From Candidatus Nanopelagicales bacterium (lineage in GTDB: Bacteria > Actinomycetota > Actinomycetes > S36-B12 > UBA5976): a stretch of DNA of 64,000 nucleotides. The position numbers and the translations under genes were made by a program. Each line of letters opens with the position of its first letter. Position 1 is the stretch's first letter. Under the pieces are notes generated by a model, which did no database searches, was not told where the DNA came from, and saw only the letters and a list, made by a program, of their open reading frames with translations. Positions 36,627 to 47,300 of this stretch are shown piece by piece. The stretch spans positions 1,867 through 65,866 of the forward strand of contig JALQVI010000002.1 in the NCBI GenBank assembly GCA_023260395.1. Reading direction: 5' to 3'.

Positions 36627-37304
36627 CTATAAAGGCGCAGCGAAAGTCGCTGCTTCGGTGGGGGGAATTTCTAGTGGATCGAACACGCGGTGAAGGTGCG
36701 CTTCGATAATCGGGGCAACTTCAAGAATGCTCACATCGCGATTGAGTTCCTGGGTAAGTGACGTAACGCCTGCATCACGAATGCCACACGGCACGATGCG
36801 GTCAAACCAGTCTTGATCGTTATTGCAGTTGATTGCAAAGCCATGCATTGTGACACCCTGTGCAACACGGACGCCAATCGCAGAAACTTTACGAGCTTGA
36901 ATCTCATCGGGCACCCAAACACCACTGCGGCCTTTGATGCGCTCGGTGTGAAGTCCTAAATCGGCACAAGCGCCGATAATGACGTCTTCGAGTCTACGCA
37001 CATGCGCTACGACATCCATGGCAGTTGGCAAGTGCAGAATTGGATAGCCGACGAGCTGACCAGGGCCATGCCACGTGATTTTTCCGCCACGGTCAACATC
37101 AACAACAGATGTTCCATCCATCGGACGTTCAAATGCTTCAGTACGACGACCTGCTGTATAAACAGGCTCGTGTTCGAGAAGTAAAACCACATCTTGTCGA
37201 GCGTTTGCAACGACATCTGTATGAATAGTGCGTTGCAACTCCCATGCTTGGAGATAACCAATTTGTGACTGTCCCAGTCCCAAGTTCTCTACCGTAAAAC
37301 GCAC
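36627..37304 (-). CDS. lipB: Octanoyltransferase (lipoate-protein ligase B)
   Basis: LipB-like ..[16 protein letters not shown].. and ..PCG... GTG start, upstream of lipA. Confidence 0.9.
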   Translation of the reverse strand: MRFTVENLGLGQSQIGYLQAWELQRTIHTDVVANARQDVVLLLEHEPVYTAGRRTEAFERPMDGTSVVDVDRGGKITWHGPGQLVGYPILHLPTAMDVVAHVRRLEDVIIGACADLGLHTERIKGRSGVWVPDEIQARKVSAIGVRVAQGVTMHGFAINCNNDQDWFDRIVPCGIRDAGVTSLTQELNRDVSILEVAPIIEAHLHRVFDPLEIPPTEAATFAAPL

Positions 37305-37310
37305 AACATA

Positions 37311-37316
37311 AGGCTA
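37311..37316 (-). promoter_or_regulatory. -10-like TAGCCT, 6 nt before lipB GTG (leaderless candidate)
   Basis: On the minus strand the arrangement is TAGCCT-tatgtt-GTG(37304). Confidence 0.45.
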
Positions 37317-37417
37317 TCCTGCCTATTTCCAGAAGGCTATCTCGGCAGGCGACTATGGCGACATAGGCGGTAGATTAGGGGAGTTCGAAGGCACCTATTA
37401 AAGGATCGTGGCAACTG

Positions 37418-39598
37418 ATGTCGCAAGAAACTCAGACACCAACAAAAGAACGTTCGGCTCGCAAGTTATTGGTAGCGGCAGTAGCTGTCATCATTGCGTG
37501 GTTCCTTATCAGTGGTGCAACGGGACCGCTTTTTGGCAAGCTCTCGAGTGTTCAAAAAAATGACACGACAAGTTTCTTGCCCGGTTCGGCTGAATCGACC
37601 AAGGCTTTTGAGATTTCGACAAAATTCACTGCCCAAGATTCATCGATCTTGCCGGCGCTCGTGATTTTCAGTGGCGATGGTAGTCCTGCAGGTATTGGCA
37701 ACGTCACAACATTTGTTAAGGGACTTGGCGACACCAAAGTCCCGACAACCGATAAAACGATTTCTGACTATCTCGTTCCAAATGCGCTACAACAAATCAT
37801 TCCGATTCCTGCGCAAGATGGAAAAGGTATCTTGATTTCCATTCCGTTGGATAACGACAAACTTTCTACGCCACTTGCAAATAACAAGCCGGCATTGCCT
37901 GAAGTTGTCAAAGCAATTCGAGAAGAAGCGAAGGCTGTTCCAGGATTCACAGAAACTCATGTCACTGGTTTTGGCGGCATTCTGGCTGACTTATTCGACA
38001 GTTTCGGCACTATCGACACCAAACTGCTGGGTATCACTTTTGGTGTCGTTGGTTTGATTTTGATTTTCGTTTACCGTTCGCCAGTGCTGTGGTTCATTCC
38101 ATTGTTCTGTGCAGTGATGGCGCTTGGGTTTTCGGGTGGAATTGTTTATCTGCTAGCCAAAAAAGAGATCATCGATCTCGATGGTCAATCACAAGGCATT
38201 CTTTCGGTGCTTGTTATCGGAGCCGCGACTGACTACGCCTTGTTACTCATTGCTCGTTATCGTGAAGAGCTTCATCATTTTGATAGTCGGGTAGATGCGA
38301 TGCGGGTGGCATGGCGTGGCGTGGTTGAGCCAATTATTGCTTCGGGGCTGACTGTGATTGCGGGACTTGCTGTGCTCTCACTGTCAGATTTGAAAAATGT
38401 GCGTTCGCTGGGACCTGTAGCCGGTATCGGTATTTTGGGTGCGCAGTTCGTCATGTTGACGCTCTTGCCTGCGATTTTGGTACTGCTAGGTCGTTGGATT
38501 TTCTGGCCGAAAGTTCCAAAGCATGACGATGTCGACGAGCGACTTTCAGGCGTGTGGTCAAAAGTTGGCAACTTGGTCGGTCGCAAGCCTCGTCAAACCT
38601 GGATTGCATCGGGTGGCCTGTTGATTGTTGCTGCAGGTTTCGCTTTTTCACTCAATACCGGTGGTTTGGCTCAAACTGAGTCATTCACCAAAAAGCCAGA
38701 TTCAGTAATTGGGCTAGACGTAATGTCAAAACATTTCCCAGCTGGCTCAGGCGATCCAACCTTGGTTGTTGTCAAGCAAGCTGACCTGGCGAAGGTTCAA
38801 GCAGCTGCCAAAGACGCCAAGGGTGTAAGTGCAGCTGTACCGACCATGGATCAAGCCTCAGTTATGGCCGGTAAGCCTGCTATTAAAGTTGTCGATGGCT
38901 GGGCTCGGCTTGAGCTCACGCTTGATAAGCCTGCAGACTCACTAGAAGCACAGGCATACGTGCCAGGCATTCGCGAGATAGTTCACGCGGCTAGTGATTC
39001 GGCATTAGTTGGCGGCACAACTCCAACAAGCTATGACATTCAACAAACTAATAAACGTGACCGAGAATTGATTATTCCGGTGGCCTTGCTCGTGATTGGC
39101 CTCATCTTGGCGCTGCTCTTGCGTAGTTTGGTAGCGCCAGTGCTACTGGTGTTGACCACTGTATTGTCATTTGGTGCAACGCTTGGCGTCTGTGACTTGG
39201 TGTTCAAGAATGTGTTCCATTTCAAGGCAACTGATGGCTCATTCCCGCTATTTGCCTTCGTATTCCTCGTGGCTCTAGGCATTGACTACAACATCTTTTT
39301 GATGACTCGCGTTCGTGAAGAAGCGCAAAAAATTGGCACTCGTCCTGGCATCGTCAAAGGTGTGACGGTTACTGGCGGTGTCATTACTTCGGCAGGCGTT
39401 GTGCTAGCAGCGACATTTGCTGTACTCGGTACTTTGCCGTTGGTATTTCTTGCCGAACTTGGTTTCGCTGTAGCATTCGGCGTTCTGCTCGACACGATTG
39501 TGGTGCGTAGTTTGCTGGTTCCAGCATTGTCCTACGACTTGGACAAGCGCATTTGGTGGCCTAGCAAGTTGTCAAAGGTAGACGGAGCCTCATCATGA
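37418..39598 (+). CDS. MMPL-family (RND superfamily) membrane transporter
   Basis: 726 aa with two blocks of about 5-6 TM helices, each following a large extracytoplasmic loop. It includes ..GAATDYALLLIARYREE.. and ..GIDYNIFLMTRVREE... Confidence 0.85.
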   Translation: MSQETQTPTKERSARKLLVAAVAVIIAWFLISGATGPLFGKLSSVQKNDTTSFLPGSAESTKAFEISTKFTAQDSSILPALVIFSGDGSPAGIGNVTTFVKGLGDTKVPTTDKTISDYLVPNALQQIIPIPAQDGKGILISIPLDNDKLSTPLANNKPALPEVVKAIREEAKAVPGFTETHVTGFGGILADLFDSFGTIDTKLLGITFGVVGLILIFVYRSPVLWFIPLFCAVMALGFSGGIVYLLAKKEIIDLDGQSQGILSVLVIGAATDYALLLIARYREELHHFDSRVDAMRVAWRGVVEPIIASGLTVIAGLAVLSLSDLKNVRSLGPVAGIGILGAQFVMLTLLPAILVLLGRWIFWPKVPKHDDVDERLSGVWSKVGNLVGRKPRQTWIASGGLLIVAAGFAFSLNTGGLAQTESFTKKPDSVIGLDVMSKHFPAGSGDPTLVVVKQADLAKVQAAAKDAKGVSAAVPTMDQASVMAGKPAIKVVDGWARLELTLDKPADSLEAQAYVPGIREIVHAASDSALVGGTTPTSYDIQQTNKRDRELIIPVALLVIGLILALLLRSLVAPVLLVLTTVLSFGATLGVCDLVFKNVFHFKATDGSFPLFAFVFLVALGIDYNIFLMTRVREEAQKIGTRPGIVKGVTVTGGVITSAGVVLAATFAVLGTLPLVFLAELGFAVAFGVLLDTIVVRSLLVPALSYDLDKRIWWPSKLSKVDGASS

Positions 39599-40314
39599 CC
39601 CAAGGCCACATCGTTGCATCAAGTGGAGGTTTTCTACAGACAGATCGCTGGGGCGTAATGAAGCCGGGCCGAATCTTTACCCGAGCACTCGAGCTCACCG
39701 GAAAAGATCGACCACGCGTTCTGTTTATCATGACGGCAAGTGGTGATGACATGGGTTACATCGCTCGCAGTTACCAGGCATTAAATGGTCTTGGCGTAGA
39801 CATCGATCATTTAGCGCTGTTCTCGCAGCCAACAAGTCCGGTTGATGAAGCCATTTCGCGAGCAGACTTAGTGTGGGTCGGTGGCGGTTCGGTTGCCAAC
39901 TTGTTAGCCGTGTGGCGATTGCATGGTGTCGACACTGCACTGCGCAACGCGTGGGAATCAGGGGCGGTACTTGGGGGAGTCAGCGCCGGTTCAATCTGTT
40001 GGCATGTTGGTGGACCAACTGACTCATTTGGGCCAGAACTTCAGGTAGTTAATAATGCGCTTGGATTCTTGCCGTTTGGAAATGGTGTGCATTACGACAC
40101 TGAGGCTCAGCGACGACCGCTGCTGCAGTCTCTAGTTGCCAATGGCACGCTTCCAACGTCGTACGCCACTGATGACCATGCTGCTGTGATTTATCGTGGC
40201 ACTGAGCCAATTGAAACTGTGGTTGATTCGACTGATAGCGCGGCTCGTTCTTACAAGCTTGAGGTTGTCGCTGGGCAAGTTGTCGAAACGACTTTGCCAC
40301 TGGGAAAGATTTAG
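39595..40314 (+). CDS. Peptidase S51 family (dipeptidase E / cyanophycinase-like)
   Basis: ..VGGGSVANLL.. and the nucleophile motif GVSAGS. The ATGA overlap with the MMPL stop suggests translational coupling. Confidence 0.75.
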   Translation: MTQGHIVASSGGFLQTDRWGVMKPGRIFTRALELTGKDRPRVLFIMTASGDDMGYIARSYQALNGLGVDIDHLALFSQPTSPVDEAISRADLVWVGGGSVANLLAVWRLHGVDTALRNAWESGAVLGGVSAGSICWHVGGPTDSFGPELQVVNNALGFLPFGNGVHYDTEAQRRPLLQSLVANGTLPTSYATDDHAAVIYRGTEPIETVVDSTDSAARSYKLEVVAGQVVETTLPLGKI

Positions 40315-41582
40315 AGTTCGTCTTCCAAAATTGCTGTAGCAGCTTTGCGACCACTGACAAAAGCTCCATTGATGGAAGACACTTCGCGGTAGTCGCCGGC
40401 AACATAGAGATTGTCGCCTAGTCGCGGATTACTCGCCGCTGTGTGAGGTGGCAACATCGCAGGAATCGAATGGGCCACAGGATACGTAGCGACATGCTCC
40501 CAACTCGATGTTGACATTGCATACAACGAAGCTAGATGGGCTCGAACTGCTGCTTCAGATTCAACTGAATCATGAATTCCTAGCGCTGATGACGACACCA
40601 AAACTTTGCCTGGTGCGTAACTTGGCGCGGCATTAGTTAAAACCACGGTATTCACCAGCGGACGACTGGCATCAGGTTGGTGGTTTTCGTAACGCCTGCC
40701 GTCAACCACGATTGTGCTCTTGCCGTCCGTTAATTCCGAAGAATCACAGTCAGCAAGGTGGTACCACGTTGTCACTGAGTTAGTCGTGGGTGTTGCAAGG
40801 GCGGGAACCAAAGTTGCGGCCTGATGGGCACTGATTGCGAGCACGACATTGCGACAGCGGATAACACCTTGATCAGTTTCGACCAGTTTGCTGGAAACTT
40901 TTGTTACCCGTGTGTTGAGGTGAATGCTTCCGCTATTGAGCTGGGTCGCAAGCTGGCGAGGAATTTGCTGCATGCCTTGAGCGGGGACACCTGGAGTGCC
41001 TTTGACGAACGAACGCAATACGGTATCGAAGAAACGTTTCGACGTATCAAGATTTTCTTCCAGAAAAACGCCTGCCAAAAATGGTCGAAGCAATTTGGCA
41101 GTGAGTTCCTTGCCGAATTTACGCTCCAAAAATGCGCCAGTTCGTTGGTCGACAGAATCGAGTTCTAGATTTCCAATCGCTAGTCCAGCGGCGTATCGAG
41201 CGAGTGAAAGTTTGGATTTGATTGAGCCAACCGGAGCAAGCAGGCTGTCGATTGCCCATGCAGGTTCGTGGCGCGGATCGGCCATACGGTAATTACGGCC
41301 ATCCATCGAAACGATGACTCCAGCCGTAAAGCTCTTAACATCGAGCGAATTGAGATCCAAGATGCGAGCACCCTCTTCATAAGAGGGGTTGTACAGCTGA
41401 AAGCCGCGGTCTAACAGCATTCCATCAACGACATCGGTGCGAACACGCCCGCCGATATCATCGCCAGCCTCGAGTACGTGAACATCGCGACCAGCAACAG
41501 CGAGTTGGCGAGCAGCCGAAAGGCCAGCTAGTCCAGCGCCGACGACAACGACATCACATTCTTGAGGTAGTGCTTCACTCAT
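40311..41582 (-). CDS. FAD-dependent amine-oxidase / desaturase-like oxidoreductase
   Basis: N-terminal dinucleotide fold VVVVGAGLAGLSAA..L...G..V.VLEA...IGGR. Confidence 0.75.
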   Translation of the reverse strand: MSEALPQECDVVVVGAGLAGLSAARQLAVAGRDVHVLEAGDDIGGRVRTDVVDGMLLDRGFQLYNPSYEEGARILDLNSLDVKSFTAGVIVSMDGRNYRMADPRHEPAWAIDSLLAPVGSIKSKLSLARYAAGLAIGNLELDSVDQRTGAFLERKFGKELTAKLLRPFLAGVFLEENLDTSKRFFDTVLRSFVKGTPGVPAQGMQQIPRQLATQLNSGSIHLNTRVTKVSSKLVETDQGVIRCRNVVLAISAHQAATLVPALATPTTNSVTTWYHLADCDSSELTDGKSTIVVDGRRYENHQPDASRPLVNTVVLTNAAPSYAPGKVLVSSSALGIHDSVESEAAVRAHLASLYAMSTSSWEHVATYPVAHSIPAMLPPHTAASNPRLGDNLYVAGDYREVSSINGAFVSGRKAATAILEDEL

Positions 41583-42466
41583 TAATTCACCAAGGTCTTC
41601 ATCGCGGACAATACATCTGGGTCTTCAAATGTAAATCCTGCGGCCTCCAGAACTCGAGGTAACACGCGTGAGCTGCCCAAAACTTCTTGGGAAAATTCGC
41701 CAAGCACAGTCTGTAATGCAATGGCAGGAACGTGGAAGAATGCCGGACGCTTGTAGACCGTGGACATTGCTTTTGTAATTTCGGCGTTCGTGGCTGGATG
41801 CGGTGCTGTGAAATTAACCGGGCCTGAAATTGATTCGTTGGCAATCACAAACTTGATGGCTGATATTTCATCGCGTATCGAAATGAAAGACCAGTATTGC
41901 TTTCCATTTCCCATTTTGCCGCCGAGCCCGAGTTTGAAAAGCGGAATGAGTTTGGCCCATGCGCCACCGTTCTTGCTGACGACTAGGCCAGTTCGAGGAT
42001 GCACGACTCGCACTCCAGCATTGCGAGCTTCGTCGGCTGCTTTCTCCCAAGCTACGACTACTTCAGGCAGAAAACCTTTTCCAGCCGGTGATGATTCGTC
42101 GACGCTTGATTCGCCAGTGTCGCCGTACCAACCGATGGCTGAAGCATTGACCAGCGTCTTGGCCCGAAGTTGGGCGGCTGCGCGAGCAATTGTCTTTGTG
42201 GCATTAACGCGTGAATCAAGGATCTCTTTTTTGTAGGAGTCAGACCATCGATGATCGCCAACGCCTGCGCCAGCAAGGTTGATAAAAACTTCCGTGCCAG
42301 CTAAGGCATCTAAGTCGATGTCGCCTGATGCAGGATCCCATTGAACTTCAGTTGGTGCTTTGGGAGACCGTCGAACTAGGCGCAAGACCTCGTGGCCATC
42401 CGCGCGCAACGAAACGACTAACTCGGTACCAATAAGACCTGATGAACCAGCAATAGCAATACGCAT
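41582..42466 (-). CDS. TIGR01777/SDR39U1-type NAD-binding epimerase-family protein (with DUF1731-like C-terminus)
   Basis: N-terminal IAIAGSSGLIG. 294 aa. It lies in the conserved position next to sucB/dlaT. Confidence 0.75.
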   Translation of the reverse strand: MRIAIAGSSGLIGTELVVSLRADGHEVLRLVRRSPKAPTEVQWDPASGDIDLDALAGTEVFINLAGAGVGDHRWSDSYKKEILDSRVNATKTIARAAAQLRAKTLVNASAIGWYGDTGESSVDESSPAGKGFLPEVVVAWEKAADEARNAGVRVVHPRTGLVVSKNGGAWAKLIPLFKLGLGGKMGNGKQYWSFISIRDEISAIKFVIANESISGPVNFTAPHPATNAEITKAMSTVYKRPAFFHVPAIALQTVLGEFSQEVLGSSRVLPRVLEAAGFTFEDPDVLSAMKTLVN

Positions 42467-42508
42467 AGTTCTACTTTGCCGTGTCTAACGGTAAAGCGCG
42501 ACCTGGAA

Positions 42509-44221
42509 CTAAAGGCCCAAATCTGCTTCGAAGGCACCCTCTTCAAGGCGAGCCTTGATTGAGCTAAGGAAACGGGCAGCATCTGCGCCGTCAACGAGTC
42601 GGTGATCGTAGGTCAAAGCCAAATAAACCATCTGGCGAACGGCAATCACGTCTGAGCCAGTTTCATCGGTGATAACAACTGGTCGCTTCACAACTGCGCC
42701 GGTACCAAGAATGGCAACCTGTGGTTGGTTGATGATCGGAGTATCGAACAGTGCGCCACGTGAACCGGTGTTGGTCAGTGTGAAGGTACCGCCGCTGAGT
42801 TCATCTGGAGACAATTTGTTGGTGCGTGTGCGTTCGGCCAAGTCAGCAATCTTGCGAGCCAAACCACCGATGTTGAGGTCGCCAGCGCTCTGAATGACAG
42901 GGACGAGAAGGCCGCGTTCGGTGTCGACTGCGATACCGAGATGTTCTGCCTCAAAGTAAGTAACAGTTCCGGCTTCTTGGTCGATCTGGGCATTGACGGT
43001 TGGGAACTGCTTAAGCGCCTCACATGCTGCCTTGGCAAAGAACGGCAAGAACGACAGCTTGACGCCTTCACGCTGTTCAAAGGCAACCTTTGAGCGATTG
43101 CGAAGTGCAGCGATCTTGGTGACATCAACTTCGACAACTGATGTGAGCTGTGCTGAAACCTGAAGTGACTCGACCATGCGTTCGGCGATGACCTTGCGAA
43201 GGCGCGTCATTGGTTCCGTGCGGCCACGTAGGTCAGCCGCTGGTGCTGGAGCTTTTGCTGGCGCAGCAGCAGGCGCGGCTGGGGCAGGAGTAGCAGTTGG
43301 AGCCGCTGGTGCAACATGTGCCACAGATTCAACTGGACGAGGCGCAGGTGTTGAAACCGGCGCAAGAGTTGGAGCCGTTCCAAGGATGTCTTCTTTGCGG
43401 ATACGACCACCAACACCAGTGCCGGTCACAGTTGCAAGATCGACGCCACGCTCGGCAGCCAGTTTGCGTACGAGCGGCGTTGCATAAGCATCCGCATTAT
43501 TAACTGCGCTTGCACTAGCGGCTGGCGCAGGCGTTGCAGCTGGTGCAGGTGTCGCAGGCGCAGCTACGGCTTCGGTCGGTGCTGGAGCAGCAGGAGCTGG
43601 AGCGCTTGGTGCTGCATCAGCGGAACCAATAACGCCAAGTTGTCCACCAACTTGGGCTACGCCGTCTTCGGGCACGGTAATTTCAAGCAGAACGCCAGCA
43701 ACGGGTGATGGAATCTCGGTATCAACCTTGTCAGTCGAAACTTCCAGTAGTGGTTCATCGACAGCAACGTTGTCGCCAAGGCCCTTGAGCCAACGTGTGA
43801 CAGTACCTTCGGTAACGCTTTCGCCAAGTTGCGGCAGGACGACCGAAGTTGCTTGAATGCCGCCAGTTGGTGCTGGAGCAGAGCTCGGTGCTGGTTCAGC
43901 TGCCACCGGAGCAGCAGGTGCTTCAACAACTGGAACAACGGCAGGTGTTGGTTCTGGAGCGGATGGCGTCGAAGTAGCATCAGATGAGTCGCCAATGATT
44001 GCTAGTGCGCCACCTACGAGGACAACTGCGTCTTCGCCAGCAACAATTTCCAACAAAACGCCACTGACAGGCGATGGAATTTCGGTATCAACCTTGTCGG
44101 TCGACACTTCAAGTAACGGTTCGTCAGCGGTGACAGTGTCACCGACGGCCTTGAGCCAACGTGTGACGGTACCTTCGGTGACGCTCTCGCCGAGCTGTGG
44201 CATGGAAACGGTGGTGGACAC
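42509..44221 (-). CDS. sucB: Dihydrolipoamide acyl(succinyl)transferase E2 with two lipoyl domains
   Basis: Two copies of [17 protein letters not shown]...[14 protein letters not shown], Ala/Pro linkers, a peripheral-subunit-binding domain and the catalytic [13 protein letters not shown] lies 6 nt upstream of the GTG. Confidence 0.9.
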   Translation of the reverse strand: MSTTVSMPQLGESVTEGTVTRWLKAVGDTVTADEPLLEVSTDKVDTEIPSPVSGVLLEIVAGEDAVVLVGGALAIIGDSSDATSTPSAPEPTPAVVPVVEAPAAPVAAEPAPSSAPAPTGGIQATSVVLPQLGESVTEGTVTRWLKGLGDNVAVDEPLLEVSTDKVDTEIPSPVAGVLLEITVPEDGVAQVGGQLGVIGSADAAPSAPAPAAPAPTEAVAAPATPAPAATPAPAASASAVNNADAYATPLVRKLAAERGVDLATVTGTGVGGRIRKEDILGTAPTLAPVSTPAPRPVESVAHVAPAAPTATPAPAAPAAAPAKAPAPAADLRGRTEPMTRLRKVIAERMVESLQVSAQLTSVVEVDVTKIAALRNRSKVAFEQREGVKLSFLPFFAKAACEALKQFPTVNAQIDQEAGTVTYFEAEHLGIAVDTERGLLVPVIQSAGDLNIGGLARKIADLAERTRTNKLSPDELSGGTFTLTNTGSRGALFDTPIINQPQVAILGTGAVVKRPVVITDETGSDVIAVRQMVYLALTYDHRLVDGADAARFLSSIKARLEEGAFEADLGL

Positions 44222-44273
44222 TCGTGACTCCTTTGTGCGTTCTTAGTTGTAAGGCTATTGGTTATTGAGCAAT

Positions 44274-45635
44274 TTATGCGTGAGCGTGAAGTGGTTTTCC
44301 GGCCAAAGCAAGGAATGCTTCGCCCAGAGCTTCATTTTGTGTTGGGTGTGCGTGGACTAGTGGAGCGACGTCTTCCGCGCCTGCTGCCCAGTTGTAAATC
44401 AATTGAGCTTCGCCGATGAGTTCGCCGACGCGAGCACCGATCATGTGAACGCCAACAATGACGCCATCTGATTTGCGACGAACAAGTTTGATGAAACCGC
44501 TCGTTGCCAAAATCTGACTCTTGCCGTTTCCGCCAAGGTTGTATTCGTAGCTATCGACTTCGCCAAATTTTTCGCGAGCCACAGATTCGGTGTAACCGAT
44601 GCTTGCGATTTCTGGTTCGCTGTATGTCACGCGTGGGATGCCTGACTCATCGATAGTGGCAGGAGAGAGGCCGGCGATTTCTTCGGCAACGAAAATGCCC
44701 TGTTGGAAACCTCGATGAGCAAGTTGCAAACCAGGCACGATGTCACCGACAGCAAAAACACCAGGCACGTTTGTGGCGAGGCGGTCGTTGGTTAATACAA
44801 AGCCACGGTCCATGGAAATGCCTTGTGCTTCGTAACCAAGATCAGCGGTACGTGGGCCACGGCCGACAGCAACCAAGAGAAGGTCTGCGCGGATTTCTTT
44901 GCCGTCTTCGAGTGTGACGGTCACGCCTTCGGCATCTTGGGTTGCGCCTTGGAACTTAACGCCAACATTGAACTTGATTCCGCGCTTGCGGTACGAGCGT
45001 TCCATTGTTTTTGAAATAGCTTCGTCTTCAGCTGGCACGAGGCGAGGTGCGCCTTCGATGATAGTGACATCTACGCCAAACGACTTCCATACAGATGCGA
45101 ATTCAACGCCAATGACACCGCCACCAAGAATGACTGCGCTTGATGGCACGTAATCCAAAGTCAGGGCCTGGTCGCTCGTAATGATGCGACCTGCGATGTC
45201 TAGGCCTGGAATTGATCGTGCATATGAGCCAGTGGCCAGCACGATGTTCTTGCCTTCGTATCGTTCGCCGTTTACTTCAACAGCATTTGGCGCAACGAGT
45301 TTTCCATAGCCTTCGACGTATGTAATGTCGCGACTCTTTACGAGGCCTTGCAAGCCCTTGTACAAACGGCCAATGACGCCGTCTTTGTATTCGTTTACCT
45401 TTGGCATGTCGATGCCGTTGAACGTACTGTGAACGCCGAATGCTTCACCTTCACGCGCGGTATCGGCAACCTCAGCTGCATGGAGTAGCGCCTTGGTTGG
45501 AATGCATCCGCGATGCAGGCAAGTGCCGCCGAGCTTGTCCGCCTCAATCAGTACAACTGATAGGCCAAGCTGGGATGCGCGAAGTGCACAGGCGTAGCCT
45601 CCGCTACCGCCACCAAGGATTAAAACGTCATGCAT
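44274..45635 (-). CDS. lpdA: Dihydrolipoyl dehydrogenase (E3)
   Basis: GGGSGGY FAD motif and the redox disulfide GTCLHRGCIPTK. GGAGG lies upstream of the ATG. Confidence 0.95.
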   Translation of the reverse strand: MHDVLILGGGSGGYACALRASQLGLSVVLIEADKLGGTCLHRGCIPTKALLHAAEVADTAREGEAFGVHSTFNGIDMPKVNEYKDGVIGRLYKGLQGLVKSRDITYVEGYGKLVAPNAVEVNGERYEGKNIVLATGSYARSIPGLDIAGRIITSDQALTLDYVPSSAVILGGGVIGVEFASVWKSFGVDVTIIEGAPRLVPAEDEAISKTMERSYRKRGIKFNVGVKFQGATQDAEGVTVTLEDGKEIRADLLLVAVGRGPRTADLGYEAQGISMDRGFVLTNDRLATNVPGVFAVGDIVPGLQLAHRGFQQGIFVAEEIAGLSPATIDESGIPRVTYSEPEIASIGYTESVAREKFGEVDSYEYNLGGNGKSQILATSGFIKLVRRKSDGVIVGVHMIGARVGELIGEAQLIYNWAAGAEDVAPLVHAHPTQNEALGEAFLALAGKPLHAHA

Positions 45636-45721
45636 GGATCCTCCAAGTGAAGACTTAAAAACTGCGCAAATTTCACGCTGTTTCTATTGTTCCACTTGGT
45701 GGTACTCGAGTGGAACTCGGG

Positions 45722-47242
45722 CTAGATGTTAACGACGTCGCTGGCGACATCTTCGACAAAGGCCAACAAGGTTCGGACACCAAAGCCCACGCCTCCTTTA
45801 TGTGTGTATCCATAAGGTGCTTGCTCGTGGAATGCCGGACCTGCGATATCGAGGTGAGCCCAAGGAGTGTTCTCGGGGACGAATTCCTTGAGGAACCAGG
45901 CAGCGGACAGTGTGCCACCTTCGCGAATGCCGATGTTGGCTATGTCGGCATGTACCGAATCAAGTGATGCGCGAAGTTCTTCAGGCATTGGCAGTGGCCA
46001 GAATTCTTCGCCGGCTCGATCTGCGGCTGACTTGATGGCGTCGCGAATTTCATCATCGCCCATGACTCCGGCAGTGCGATGTCCAAGTGCCACAACACAT
46101 GCGCCGGTCAATGTTGAAATGTCGATGATGACATCTGGTTCATCTTCGCCAGCGCGGACAAGCACGTCGCACATGACCAAACGACCTTCGGCATCGGTGT
46201 TCAAAACTTCGACGGTTCGGCCACCATAGGTAGAAATGATGTCGCCAGGACGTTGCGCATTTCCACCAGGCATATTTTCAGCACAAGCCGCATAGCCGGT
46301 GACTGCAACGGGAAGTTCTAGGTCTGCGATAGCTCGCATCGTCGCGATGACGGCAGCAGCGCCGGACATGTCGCCCTTCATGGCATGCATGCCTACAGGT
46401 GGCTTGAGTGAGATGCCGCCCGTATCAAAGGTAATGCCCTTGCCAATCAAAACAATATGCTTGGTCGCATCGTCTGGCTTGTACTCCATGCGTAAGAGGC
46501 GTGGGGGTCGAGATGAGCCTTGTCCAACGCCAGTGATGCCGCCGTAGCCCTGGGCTTTCAGTTCCTTTTCATCAAGCACCGACACCTTGACTGAGGTTTC
46601 TTCAAACAGCACCGTTCCGCGATCTACGAGTTCAGCAGGTGGCATTTGAAGTGGCGAAGTGTTGATGACATCGCGAGCAAAGTAGATGTTGTCGGCCACA
46701 ATGCGGGCGCGGTTAAGAGCAGACTTAAATTCAGCATCCTTTGCGTTCGCGGTCAAAAGGGTGATGGCTGTAGTCGGTGCCTTGAGTTTGCTCAATGTTG
46801 AATGACGGTGATCGCGGAAGGTGTAGGAACCCAATGCTGCGCCTTCAAGAACTGCGCCTGCGGCTTCGGCGTCTGTTGTTGGTAGTGAGAATGCGATCTT
46901 CTTGGTGCCTGACAGTGCGCGAGTTGCATTTCCAGCTGCACGACGCAAACGTTCTGGCGTTACTCCATCTTTGACGCTACCTAAGCCAACGGCAACAATC
47001 ACGGGAGCCTTGGTGGTACCTGCGCTGTGAATGCGAATGGTTTCGTCTTTGCCGCCGGTTGCCCCTAGAGCAAGCAGTGCGGCGCGAATTTTGGTGCTTG
47101 CGCTCTTGGTTAAGCCATCAGAAACTATTGAAAACTTGCCGTCGGTACTCGTTGCTATTACTACTGCGTCAACTGCGGCTGTGGCAATGTCACCAACTTT
47201 GAGCGACAAATTGGGGACATTGACGGATGTGTTCAGAGTCAT
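45722..47242 (-). CDS. pepA: Leucyl aminopeptidase (M17)
   Basis: M17 motifs NTDAEGRL and ..GKGITFDTGG... AAGGAG lies 8 nt upstream of ATG 47242. The ORF-track N-terminal extension (to 47530) runs into gcvT. Confidence 0.9.
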   Translation of the reverse strand: MTLNTSVNVPNLSLKVGDIATAAVDAVVIATSTDGKFSIVSDGLTKSASTKIRAALLALGATGGKDETIRIHSAGTTKAPVIVAVGLGSVKDGVTPERLRRAAGNATRALSGTKKIAFSLPTTDAEAAGAVLEGAALGSYTFRDHRHSTLSKLKAPTTAITLLTANAKDAEFKSALNRARIVADNIYFARDVINTSPLQMPPAELVDRGTVLFEETSVKVSVLDEKELKAQGYGGITGVGQGSSRPPRLLRMEYKPDDATKHIVLIGKGITFDTGGISLKPPVGMHAMKGDMSGAAAVIATMRAIADLELPVAVTGYAACAENMPGGNAQRPGDIISTYGGRTVEVLNTDAEGRLVMCDVLVRAGEDEPDVIIDISTLTGACVVALGHRTAGVMGDDEIRDAIKSAADRAGEEFWPLPMPEELRASLDSVHADIANIGIREGGTLSAAWFLKEFVPENTPWAHLDIAGPAFHEQAPYGYTHKGGVGFGVRTLLAFVEDVASDVVNI

Positions 47243-47287
47243 GCTCGAGCTCCTTGGATTCAAGTGATGCAACCAATCTAATGGCAG

Positions 47288-47293
47288 TAGTCT
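47288..47293 (+). promoter_or_regulatory. -10-like TAGTCT, 7 nt before gcvT ATG (leaderless candidate)
   Basis: The arrangement is TAGTCT-tgcgagt-ATG(47301). Confidence 0.45.
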
Positions 47294-47300
47294 TGCGAGT

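Noticed and set aside
43625-44209. Two roughly 220-nt near-repeats plus GC-rich low-complexity DNA
   Set aside because: The repeats are explained by the tandem lipoyl domains and Ala/Pro linkers of the E2 gene (sucB). This is not a mobile or CRISPR-like repeat, and the Ala-rich ORFs on both strands here are shadows.
45636-45721. Hairpin GTTCCACT-n12-AGTGGAAC after the pepA stop
   Set aside because: The stem is 8 bp with a large loop and no U-tract on the minus strand. I cannot distinguish it from chance or a Rho-dependent site.
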